This document shows positions 23,919-32,197 of a DNA stretch of 34,344 nucleotides, in pieces (positions within the stretch are counted from its first letter, which is position 1; each line of letters begins with the position of its first letter). Below the pieces are notes generated by a model that worked only from the letters and a program-made list of their open reading frames with translations, ran no database searches and was not told where the DNA came from. This DNA comes from Vulcanimicrobiota bacterium (GTDB taxonomy: Bacteria; Vulcanimicrobiota; Vulcanimicrobiia; Vulcanimicrobiales; Vulcanimicrobiaceae): NCBI GenBank assembly GCA_003135555.1, contig PLCF01000018.1, positions 19,245-53,588 of the forward strand. Direction: 5' to 3'. Both the position numbers and the translations under genes were made by a program.

Positions 23919-26614
23919 TGAGCGCTGCGTCGTTTCCGACCGGGACCGTGACCTTCATGTTCACCGACATCGAAGGCAGCACGCGCTTGTGGGAAGCCGA
24001 GCACGAAGCGATGCGCGGCGCTCTCGCCGCGCACGATGCGATCCTTCGTGCTGCGATCGAGGCTCGGAGCGGCACGGTGTTCAAGACCGTGGGGGACGCG
24101 TTTTGTGCGGTCTTCGCGCAGCCGGAAGATGCTCTCGCCGCTGCGGTGAGCGCGCTGCAAGCCCTAGCGATGCACGCGTGGCCCGCGGCGATCGGAACGC
24201 TCCGCGTCAGGATGGGAATCCACACGGGGACTGCGGTCGAAACGCCGGGCGACTACTACGGCCCGACCGTCAATCGCGTCGCGAGGCTGATGTCGCTCGG
24301 CTACGGCGAGCAGATCCTCGTCTCGAGTGCCACGGCTTCGCTGTTGCGTGCGGCGCTACCCGGAGATGTCTCGCTGCGCGACTTGGGTTCGCATCGGCTC
24401 AAAGACCTCAGCAAGCCGGAGACCATCTATCAAGTCGTCGTGCCCGGACTGCGCTCGGACTTCCCGACGCTCGCATCGCTCGACGCCCGGCCGAACAATC
24501 TCCCGTTCCAGATCTCGACCTTCGTCGGCCGCGACCGCGAGCAGCGCGACGTGCGCGAAGCGCTGTCGCTGGGACGGTTGACGACGATCGTGGGACCCGG
24601 AGGCATCGGGAAGACGCGGCTGGCGCTGCAAGTGGCCGGTGACGCGATCGGCGATTTGAAGGATGGCGCCTGGTTCGTGCAGCTCTCGCATGTGCACGGG
24701 GAGGCGCTCATCGCGCAAGCGGTTGCCGACGTCTTGAGCGTTCGCGAGGAGTCGACGATGCCGATCGTCGAGACCCTCACCCGGTCGCTCGCGGAGCGTC
24801 AGATGCTGCTCGTTCTGGACGGCGCGGAACACCTTCGGTCGGAAGTTGCGGCCTTCGTCAAACTGCTGCTGAGCCGTTGCGCATACCTCAAGGTGCTCGT
24901 CACGAGCCGCGAACCGCTGCATCTGGCGGGCGAGCGCGTCGTACGGATCGCGGCACTCGAAGATGCGGCGAGATTGTTCATCGAGCGCGCTCGGGAGATC
25001 GCGCCGCAGCAGCCCTATCTGGATCAGCTCCCCCTAGTCGAAGCGATCTGCCGCCGCGTCGACGGCATCCCCCTGGCGATCGAGCTCGCCGCTGCGCGCC
25101 TCACGACGATGCCTCTTCCCGAGCTCTACGAACGCCTCTCGAAGCGGCTCGCGCTCCTGGTTTCACGCGACTCCACCGTCGAAGAGCGTCACCGCACGCT
25201 GCGCGGCACGATCGCCTGGAGCTACGATCTTTTGGTAGCGCCGGATGCGGCTCTGCTCCGCGCGCTGGCGGTCTTCAACGGTTCATTTTCGACCCCGGCG
25301 GTCGCCGCCGTCGCGCATCTTTCCGAAGACGAATGCCTCGAGCGGCTCGATGACCTCGCGGGCAAGTCGCTCGTCACCGCGCAGCCGGTTGCCACCTCGG
25401 CGCGGTACGTCCTCTACGATACCGTGCGTGAGTATCTCGCCGAGCGGCTCTCCCCGGAAGAGCTCTCGGAGTGCTGCGAGCGCCACTTCGGCCACTACGG
25501 CAGGCTGGCACAGACGTTGACGACGCCTGCGCACGGCGGGGAGCTCGCGGCTTGGCTCGACTCCGTCGCGCTGGAGATCAGCAACTTGCGCGGCGCGCTC
25601 GAGTGGGGATTGAGTGAGCGCCCGTCCGAGGCAGCAACGGCCTTTCGCAATGTGTCGCGCTACTTCAAGATACGCGGATACCTCACCGAAGGGCGCGCGT
25701 GGTTTCGGCGCTTTCTCGCCGTGCCGGTGCTCGACGACGGGACGCGCGCCGGCTTGCTGCGGCGGGCGGCGACGTTCGCTACCGAACAAGACGACTACGA
25801 CGAGGCGCACGCCCTCACCATGGAGTCGCGAACGCTCTACGAGCGGACCGGCGACGCCGGCGGCGTCGCGGAGGCGTTGCACAATCTCGCGGTCATCGAA
25901 CAGCGCCGTGGCCGTCTCGACGAGGCAGCCGCATTCTATGCCGACGCGATCGGGCGCTTCCGAGAATCCGGCAATGCGTATGGTGAGGCGGTCGCATCAA
26001 TGAACGCGGCGCTCGTCTTGTTGGACCGTGAGGAGTTGGACCGTGCCGAAGAGTGCCTTGACGCGGCCGAATCAGCTGCGGCACGTCTAGGCAATCTGGA
26101 TCTCGACGGAGCGTTGTGCGCGGCTCGGGCCGCGCTAGCAATGCGCCGGTCCGATTTCGATACGGCGTCGAGGCTCTACCAACAGGCCCTGCGGATGAAA
26201 GAAACGGTCGGCAGCCGGTCGGGTGTCGCCGACCTCCACTCCTCATTGGCAGTCCTCTACGTTCGTCAAGGACGGCTCGCAGAGGCCAAAGATGCCGCGC
26301 AAAGCACGCTCCGTTTGGCACTCGAGCTCGAGTCCACGGCGACCTTGATCTATGCGTTCGAGGCGTTCTGCGAGATCGGGGCGCGTGAAGCGAACTACGC
26401 CGCCGCCGCCCACTGTCTGGGGTTGGCAAAGGAGCTACGGCGCACCCATTCGTTCTGGCACCCCACCCCGCGAATGGATGCGATCGAGGCGGAGCTGCGC
26501 GAGCAGCTTGGCACGGAATTCGATGCAACGATCGCCGGCTGCGCCGCCCTCGATTGGCGCACGGCGGCGCAGCGGCTGGTCGAAGGGGCTTACTTCAGCC
26601 AAACACCGACGTAG
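23918..26614 (+). CDS. Class III adenylate cyclase - STAND (NB-ARC-like) ATPase - TPR protein
   Basis: Cyclase motifs FTDIEGST, FKTVGDAF, RMGIHTG and DYYGPTVNRVARL; P-loop GPGGIGKT; Walker B LLVLD; TSRE; GIPLAIELAA; helical TPR-like C-terminus. Confidence 0.93.
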   Translation: MSAASFPTGTVTFMFTDIEGSTRLWEAEHEAMRGALAAHDAILRAAIEARSGTVFKTVGDAFCAVFAQPEDALAAAVSALQALAMHAWPAAIGTLRVRMGIHTGTAVETPGDYYGPTVNRVARLMSLGYGEQILVSSATASLLRAALPGDVSLRDLGSHRLKDLSKPETIYQVVVPGLRSDFPTLASLDARPNNLPFQISTFVGRDREQRDVREALSLGRLTTIVGPGGIGKTRLALQVAGDAIGDLKDGAWFVQLSHVHGEALIAQAVADVLSVREESTMPIVETLTRSLAERQMLLVLDGAEHLRSEVAAFVKLLLSRCAYLKVLVTSREPLHLAGERVVRIAALEDAARLFIERAREIAPQQPYLDQLPLVEAICRRVDGIPLAIELAAARLTTMPLPELYERLSKRLALLVSRDSTVEERHRTLRGTIAWSYDLLVAPDAALLRALAVFNGSFSTPAVAAVAHLSEDECLERLDDLAGKSLVTAQPVATSARYVLYDTVREYLAERLSPEELSECCERHFGHYGRLAQTLTTPAHGGELAAWLDSVALEISNLRGALEWGLSERPSEAATAFRNVSRYFKIRGYLTEGRAWFRRFLAVPVLDDGTRAGLLRRAATFATEQDDYDEAHALTMESRTLYERTGDAGGVAEALHNLAVIEQRRGRLDEAAAFYADAIGRFRESGNAYGEAVASMNAALVLLDREELDRAEECLDAAESAAARLGNLDLDGALCAARAALAMRRSDFDTASRLYQQALRMKETVGSRSGVADLHSSLAVLYVRQGRLAEAKDAAQSTLRLALELESTATLIYAFEAFCEIGAREANYAAAAHCLGLAKELRRTHSFWHPTPRMDAIEAELREQLGTEFDATIAGCAALDWRTAAQRLVEGAYFSQTPT

Positions 26615-27024
26615 ATCGGGAATTTGTACTTCGGAAAATCGGGGTCGCAACCGTCGGAGTCTGTTCCCTTGACCTTTGGTTTGGGTACTTCGTAGCGATG
26701 GTCGGCCGAGTCGATATCGGCGAGTGTCGACGTGACGAGCACGCGGAAAACCGGCGTCGGTGGAGGCAACGGCGTCGGTGTCGCCGTCGGGGCCTTGGGT
26801 TTGCTCTTGGCCTTGGGCTTGTGCTTGAACTGGCTCGAGTTCGAGGTGTAGTCCATACCCATCGGCGTCTCGGTGAGCGCCGTCGGCCCCGGTTTCGGGC
26901 CGGGCTTCGTATCGGCCCCGCCGGCACGTTCAGCAGTCAATAGCGCCGCGATCGCTGCCAGCGCACCGGCGCCTCCGAGCTTGAGTATGCTCGTCCGTTT
27001 GATCTGTTTCGACGACTCGTCCAC
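26590..27024 (-). CDS. Hypothetical exported Pro/Lys-rich protein (144 aa)
   Basis: GAGGAG SD 7 nt before GTG 27024. Tat-like leader IKRTSILK.GGAGALAAIAALL with an AGGA-D cleavage-like site, Pro/Lys-rich linker and compact C-terminus. Its own AGG-N18-GAA element lies at 27084-27107. Confidence 0.65.
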   Translation of the reverse strand: MDESSKQIKRTSILKLGGAGALAAIAALLTAERAGGADTKPGPKPGPTALTETPMGMDYTSNSSQFKHKPKAKSKPKAPTATPTPLPPPTPVFRVLVTSTLADIDSADHRYEVPKPKVKGTDSDGCDPDFPKYKFPIYVGVWLK

Positions 27025-27154
27025 CGCGTTGCTCCTCGCATTCTCGCGCACCGGCGCAAGTGCGTCGGTCCCGAAAACCACGCTTCGGCGTCACCTCTCG
27101 CCTCCCTGGGCAACGTGACCGACTAAATGGCCCGCCGAGCGGCAAGCTTCGCGG

Positions 27155-29356
27155 CTAGTCGCTTGACACCGTGACGAGCGATTCCGCAGCGGCGGCCGTC
27201 GTTCGATCCCGGGCGGCGGTGATGGCGGCAAGAATGCGCTCTGGGGTCATCGGCAGGTCGTTGACCCACGCGCCGGTCGCGTCGTAGATCGCGGCGGCGA
27301 CGGCGGGGGCGAACGGGACCAGCGGCATCTCGGCGACGCCGCGCGCACCGTAGGGACCGTTGGGATCGGCGAGCTCGAGGATCACCGGCACGATCTCGGT
27401 CGGCATGTCGAGCGTCGTCGGCAGCAAGTAGGTGCTGAAATACGGTGTGACGATCTTGCCGTCGCGCACCACGAAGTTCTCGGTGAGGGCGTAGCCCAGC
27501 GCCTGCGCCAGGCAGCCTTCGATCTGGCCTTCGACCTGCTGGCGGTTGATCGCGCGCCCGACGTCGTGCGCGCTGATGATCTTGGTGACACGAGTGACGC
27601 CGGTGCCGATGTCGACCTCGACTTCGACGGCCTGCGCGGAGTAACCGTAACAGTAGTTCGGACGTCCCGCACCGGTCTCGAGATCGAGCGGCGTCGTTGC
27701 CGGTGGTCGATACTGTACCGTCGCCGCGGGCGCTTCGCCGCGTTCCCAGGCCGCGCGCGCCGCCAGCGCCGCGTCGTGCACGGCCCGTCCGCCCATCAGC
27801 GTCAGACGCGAAGCCGAGGCCGATCCGGCGTTGGGCGTGAGCGCGCTGTCGTCGCTCACCAGCGCGACGGCCTCGAGCGGGAGCTCCAGCGTCTCGGCAA
27901 CGATCTGACGCAAGATCAGGTGGACGCCCTGGCCCACGTCGGCGCTGCCGATGCGCACCAGCGCGCGCTCGACGCGCGACGTCGCGATCAACTCGACCGT
28001 CGCCGTCGACTGCTCGGGGAAGCCGAAGGAATAGCCGACGTTCTTGATCCCCGCCGCGATGCCGACCCCGCGCCGCAGCGGCGAATCGAGATCCTGCGCG
28101 GCGCGCGGGGCGAAGCGCGTCGTCATCTCGGCGAGGCAGCGCTCCAGCACCGGGCCGACGCTCACGCCGGCCGGCAGCACGTCGCCGGTGGCCTCGGTGT
28201 CGCCTTCGCGATAGAGGTTCTTACGCCGGATGTCGGCCGGATCGATCTCCAGCGCGTGGGCGATCCGGGTGATCATCGACTCTGCCGCCCAGTGCGCCTG
28301 CGGCGTGCCGAAGCCGCGGAACGCGCCGCTGGGGACGTTGTTGGTGTACACGACGATCCCGTCGGTGGCCACGTTGGGGACGCGGTACGGGCCTTGCGCG
28401 AAGATCGTCGCGCACTTGAGCACCTCGACGCTGGTCGAGGCGTACGCGCCGCCGTCGGCGAGCGTGCGGGTCTCGACCGCCGTGATCGTGCCGTCGCGCT
28501 TCGCGCCCCATTTGGCGGTGATGTGGAAGGGGTGGCGTTTGTGGTGGCCGACGATCGACTCTTCGCGGTTCCACACGATCGCCGTGGGGCGCTTGAGCTT
28601 CCAGGTGGCCAGCGCCAGCAGCGTCTGGACCGACAGGTCCTCGCGTCCGCCGAACGCGCCGCCGATCTTGGCGTAGCGAATCGCCACCGCGCCTTCGTCG
28701 AGCCGCAACATCGCGGCGATCTGCCGCAAGTCTTCGTGCAACCACTGTCCCGCGGTCTCGACGACGAGTGTCTCACCTTCGTAGTAGGCGATCCCGGCAT
28801 CGGGCTGCAGATAGGCGTGCTCCTGCCACGAGGTGGTGAACGTCCCGGTGAGCACGATGTCGGCTTGGGCGAACGCTGCCTCCACGTCGCCTTTACGGAT
28901 CTTTTGGTGCAGCAAGACGTTGGTGCCATGCTGCGGGTGCACGAGCGGTGCGCCGGGTTCGAGCGCGCCGTGCGGGTCGGTGACGGCGGGCAGATCGGTG
29001 TACGCCACCTCGACCAGCCGTGCCGCGGCCGCCGCGATGTCGGGGTCCGCGGCGACGACGAGCGCGACGCGATCGCCCACGTAGCGCACGCGCTCGCTGC
29101 ACAGCACCTCTTGATCGGGGTCGATGAGTCCGTACCGGTTGTACGGGACGTCGGCGGCGGTCAGCACCGCGACGACGCCGGGCTGCGCGAGCGCGCGCGA
29201 CGCGTCGATCCCGTCGATGCGCGCGTGCACGCGGTGGCCGAAGACCGTCTTGCAGTGCAGCATCTCGCCGCGTACCAGATCGGCCGGATAGCGCGCCGCT
29301 CCGGTCACCTTGGCGTGCGCGTCGGGACGCGCGACGGGCGCGCCGATCAAGGTCAT
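27155..29356 (-). CDS. Xanthine dehydrogenase-family molybdopterin-binding subunit (PucD-like)
   Basis: R.DA.AKVTG.A.Y..D, VRYVGD.VA, GGAFGGRE, AFRGFG.PQ, DVGQG, GSASASR, GQIEG and GPYGARGVAE (catalytic Glu). ATG at 29356. Confidence 0.92.
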   Translation of the reverse strand: MTLIGAPVARPDAHAKVTGAARYPADLVRGEMLHCKTVFGHRVHARIDGIDASRALAQPGVVAVLTAADVPYNRYGLIDPDQEVLCSERVRYVGDRVALVVAADPDIAAAAARLVEVAYTDLPAVTDPHGALEPGAPLVHPQHGTNVLLHQKIRKGDVEAAFAQADIVLTGTFTTSWQEHAYLQPDAGIAYYEGETLVVETAGQWLHEDLRQIAAMLRLDEGAVAIRYAKIGGAFGGREDLSVQTLLALATWKLKRPTAIVWNREESIVGHHKRHPFHITAKWGAKRDGTITAVETRTLADGGAYASTSVEVLKCATIFAQGPYRVPNVATDGIVVYTNNVPSGAFRGFGTPQAHWAAESMITRIAHALEIDPADIRRKNLYREGDTEATGDVLPAGVSVGPVLERCLAEMTTRFAPRAAQDLDSPLRRGVGIAAGIKNVGYSFGFPEQSTATVELIATSRVERALVRIGSADVGQGVHLILRQIVAETLELPLEAVALVSDDSALTPNAGSASASRLTLMGGRAVHDAALAARAAWERGEAPAATVQYRPPATTPLDLETGAGRPNYCYGYSAQAVEVEVDIGTGVTRVTKIISAHDVGRAINRQQVEGQIEGCLAQALGYALTENFVVRDGKIVTPYFSTYLLPTTLDMPTEIVPVILELADPNGPYGARGVAEMPLVPFAPAVAAAIYDATGAWVNDLPMTPERILAAITAARDRTTAAAAESLVTVSSD

Positions 29357-30780
29357 GCGTGCACGGCTTCGGGGATCGCCTCGCGCGCGCTGAGCTCGCG
29401 CGCCGCCGCGTCCATCGCGTCGAGGATCTTGCGATAACCGGTGCAGCGGCACAGGTTGCCGCTGATGGCGGCTTGGTGATCGTCGAGCGAGGGCGCGCGC
29501 CGTTCTTCGAGCAGCTTTGCGCCGGCCATGATCATCCCGGGGATGCAGAAGCCGCACTGCACCGCGCCGCAGTCGATATAGGCCTGCTGCAACGGGTGCA
29601 GTTCCGCGCCGTCGGCCAGCCCTTCGATCGTCGTGATCGTGGAACCGTGCGCCTGCGACGCCGGCACCAGACACGACATCACCGCCGCGCCGTCGAGCCA
29701 CACGGTGCAGGCGCCGCACTCGCCTTCGGCGCAGCCTTCCTTTGCGCCGGTGAGTCCGGCGTTCTCGCGCAGTGCGTTGAGCAATGTCTTGCACGCAGCG
29801 TTCACCAGTGCGTGCGGCGCGCCGTTGATCGTCGTCTCGATCGTGCCGTCGAAGGCCGGCGATCGTGCCGGCGGCGCGGCCGTTTCGAGCAACACCGGCG
29901 CGTCGGGGTAACCGTCGGCTTCGCGGCCGCTCGCGATGCGTTCGAGCGCGCGTGCGATGAGCGCCGCGAGCGTGGTGCGGCGATACTCGGCCGAACCGCG
30001 GACGTCGTCGATCGGCGCGGCGTCGTCGCAGGCGAGCCGGCCCGCCTCGGCGCAGGTCGCCGCGTCGAGCCGTTTGCCTACGAGATACCGTTCGGCGGCC
30101 ACGGCGCGCACGACGGTCGGCGCCAAGCAGCCCAGTGCGATGCGAGCCTCGCTCACCAACTCGGCCGCATCGCGCACGACGATAACCGCGACGTCGATGA
30201 CCGAGATGGCCTGGGCGCGCCGCAATCCGAGCTTGAGAAAGATGCCGCGCCGGTCGGTGTTCAGCGCCGCAAACCGAATCTCACGGACGAGCTCGTCGGG
30301 GCGCAGCCCCGTGGTGCGGAAGCCGGTGTAGAAGTCGGCCAGCGCGACGGTCCGCTCTCCATGGCTCGAGGTCAGGACCAGTTCGGCGCCGAGTGCGAGC
30401 AGCGGCGCGATCGTGTCGTTTGCCGGCGAGGCGGTCACGAGGTTGCCCGCGAGCGTGCCGCGGGCGCGAATCTGCGGCGCCCCGACCTCGATGCAGGCCT
30501 GCGCGAGCGGCAGCATCGCCGCGCGGGCGAACGGCGCGGCCAGCACGTCGTTGTGGGTGGCCAGCCCGCCGATCGCGATCGCGTCGCCGCTGCGGCGGAC
30601 GTACTTGAGCTCGCGCAACGCCGAGACGTCGATCAGCGTCTGGGTCGGCTTGACGCCCCGCTGCAACTCGACCAGGACGTCCGTACCGCCGGCCACGATG
30701 CGCGCCGAAGTCCCGTGCGTCGCAAGGACGCCGAGCGCTTCGCCGAGGCTGGCCGGACGGAGGACCTCACGCCACATCAC
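29353..30780 (-). CDS. Xanthine dehydrogenase-family FAD-binding domain fused to a C-terminal 2x[2Fe-2S] domain
   Basis: N-terminal AGGTD, QIR.RGT..GNL.TASP..D and PIDDVRGSAEYR; C-terminal GCAEGECGACTV.LDG..V.SC, QCGFCIPG and GNLCRCTGY. Confidence 0.93.
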   Translation of the reverse strand: MMWREVLRPASLGEALGVLATHGTSARIVAGGTDVLVELQRGVKPTQTLIDVSALRELKYVRRSGDAIAIGGLATHNDVLAAPFARAAMLPLAQACIEVGAPQIRARGTLAGNLVTASPANDTIAPLLALGAELVLTSSHGERTVALADFYTGFRTTGLRPDELVREIRFAALNTDRRGIFLKLGLRRAQAISVIDVAVIVVRDAAELVSEARIALGCLAPTVVRAVAAERYLVGKRLDAATCAEAGRLACDDAAPIDDVRGSAEYRRTTLAALIARALERIASGREADGYPDAPVLLETAAPPARSPAFDGTIETTINGAPHALVNAACKTLLNALRENAGLTGAKEGCAEGECGACTVWLDGAAVMSCLVPASQAHGSTITTIEGLADGAELHPLQQAYIDCGAVQCGFCIPGMIMAGAKLLEERRAPSLDDHQAAISGNLCRCTGYRKILDAMDAAARELSAREAIPEAVHA

Positions 30781-30877
30781 CGCTCACGATTCGCGGAGCG
30801 CCGGGCCGCTTCTTGCGAGGCTCGCGCCCGACCGGTCCGCGAGGCATCGCGCGCGGGATCGAGAAACCGCTCGCACG

Positions 30878-31297
30878 ATGAGCGTTACGGCCCTGGATCA
30901 CGTCAACATCCTCACCGCCGACGTCACGCGGACGAAGGCGTTTTGCGTCTCGGTGCTCGGGTTGGAAGAGGGCGCGCGGCCGCCGTTCGGCACCCCGGGG
31001 GCGTGGCTCTACGCCGGCGGCACGGCGGTGGTGCACATCAGCTACACCGGCGCCAAAGAGCGGACGCACGTTGCGGACGCGTCGCGCGGCGATGCCTCGC
31101 TCGTCGTCGCCGTGGGCAGCGTCGATCACGTCGCGTTCCGTTGCTCGGGCTACCGGCAGACGATGGAGAAGCTGCGCGCGCTCGGGATCGCCGCCCACGA
31201 GACCGACATTCCGGGGCTGGGCGACCACCAGGTTTTCATCGACGGACCGGACGTCTCGTTCGAGCTGATCTTCTCACCCGCCGACGTCGCCGCCTGA
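30878..31297 (+). CDS. VOC (glyoxalase/bleomycin resistance) family protein
   Basis: LDHVNI.T.D......F...VLGL..G.RP.F..PGAWLY, VDHVAF and QVFI.GPD...EL. ATG at 30878. Confidence 0.88.
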   Translation: MSVTALDHVNILTADVTRTKAFCVSVLGLEEGARPPFGTPGAWLYAGGTAVVHISYTGAKERTHVADASRGDASLVVAVGSVDHVAFRCSGYRQTMEKLRALGIAAHETDIPGLGDHQVFIDGPDVSFELIFSPADVAA

Positions 31298-31320
31298 GGG
31301 TTCCGCCTTTGGGCGGCGAA
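31297..31320 (+). promoter_or_regulatory. Sigma-H-like element AGG-N18-GAA upstream of the thyX-like gene
   Basis: gAGGgttccgcctttgggcggcGAA, 9 nt before ATG 31330; no SD. Confidence 0.5.
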
Positions 31321-31329
31321 CCGTCCGGC

Positions 31330-32190
31330 ATGCCCTATTCCGCGCGCGTTCTCCTCGACAGCGTCTCGCCCGCGGGGATCCGGCTCACGACGATGGAGGC
31401 GCGTTACCCGCGTTTCATCCACGCGGAAGTCATGACGCACCGCCTGTTTTCCCGGAACAGCAGCTCGTCGCGCGCCGTGCCGATCCGCAAGATGATCGAT
31501 GCCGTGCGTGCGGAGCCGGCGCTGCCGACCTGGTGGGGCCGCAATCAAAGCGGGATGCAGGCCGAGGACGAGATCTCCGACGAGGCGCGCGTCCTCGCGC
31601 AGGCGGAGTGGAGCCGGGCGCTGCAGGACGCGCTCGCGCACGCCGAGCGGCTCGCCGCGAGCGACATCAACCTGCACAAGCAGCTCGTCAACCGCATCCT
31701 CGAACCGTTCGCGTGGATTACGGTCATCATCACGGCGACCGAGTGGACGAACTTTTTCACGCAGCGCACGCATCCCGACGCCCAGCCCGAGCTCAAGCGC
31801 GTCGCCGACTTGATGCTCGAAGCGTATCGCAACAGCGAGCCGCGCGCGCTGGCGCTCGGAGAGTGGCACACGCCGCTGATCCTTGCGGACGAAGCAGCGT
31901 CGCTGGCATTGGAGCAGCGGCTTCAGATCAGCGTCGCCCGATCGGCTCGCGTCTCGTATCTCTCACACGACGGGACGCGCGACCACGCCAAGGACATCGA
32001 GCTCTACGAGCGCCTCGTCGGCGGTGGAGCGAACGGCCACTGGTCCCCGTTCGAGCACGTCGCGACGCCCCTCGGCTCGCCCGACACCTGGTCGGGAAAC
32101 TTCCGCGGCTGGGAGCAATACCGCAAGCGGTTTTCCCAGGAACACGCCGCGACCTTACCCGACGAAGCGCCGCTCGCGGCGCTGCACTGA
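31330..32190 (+). CDS. thyX: FAD-dependent thymidylate synthase-like protein (ThyX/Thy1 family, permuted motif order)
   Basis: THR-x7-S-R variant of RHRx7S, NFF..R.HPDAQPE, ARSARVSY and H.SPFEH. ATG at 31330; 286 aa. Confidence 0.8.
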   Translation: MPYSARVLLDSVSPAGIRLTTMEARYPRFIHAEVMTHRLFSRNSSSSRAVPIRKMIDAVRAEPALPTWWGRNQSGMQAEDEISDEARVLAQAEWSRALQDALAHAERLAASDINLHKQLVNRILEPFAWITVIITATEWTNFFTQRTHPDAQPELKRVADLMLEAYRNSEPRALALGEWHTPLILADEAASLALEQRLQISVARSARVSYLSHDGTRDHAKDIELYERLVGGGANGHWSPFEHVATPLGSPDTWSGNFRGWEQYRKRFSQEHAATLPDEAPLAALH

Positions 32191-32197
32191 GGCCGCT

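Noticed and set aside
29359..31329. Apparent long N-terminal fusion to the ThyX-like protein (943-aa ORF)
   Set aside because: It is antisense to the xdh FAD/FeS gene and out of frame over the VOC gene; the real start is ATG 31330.
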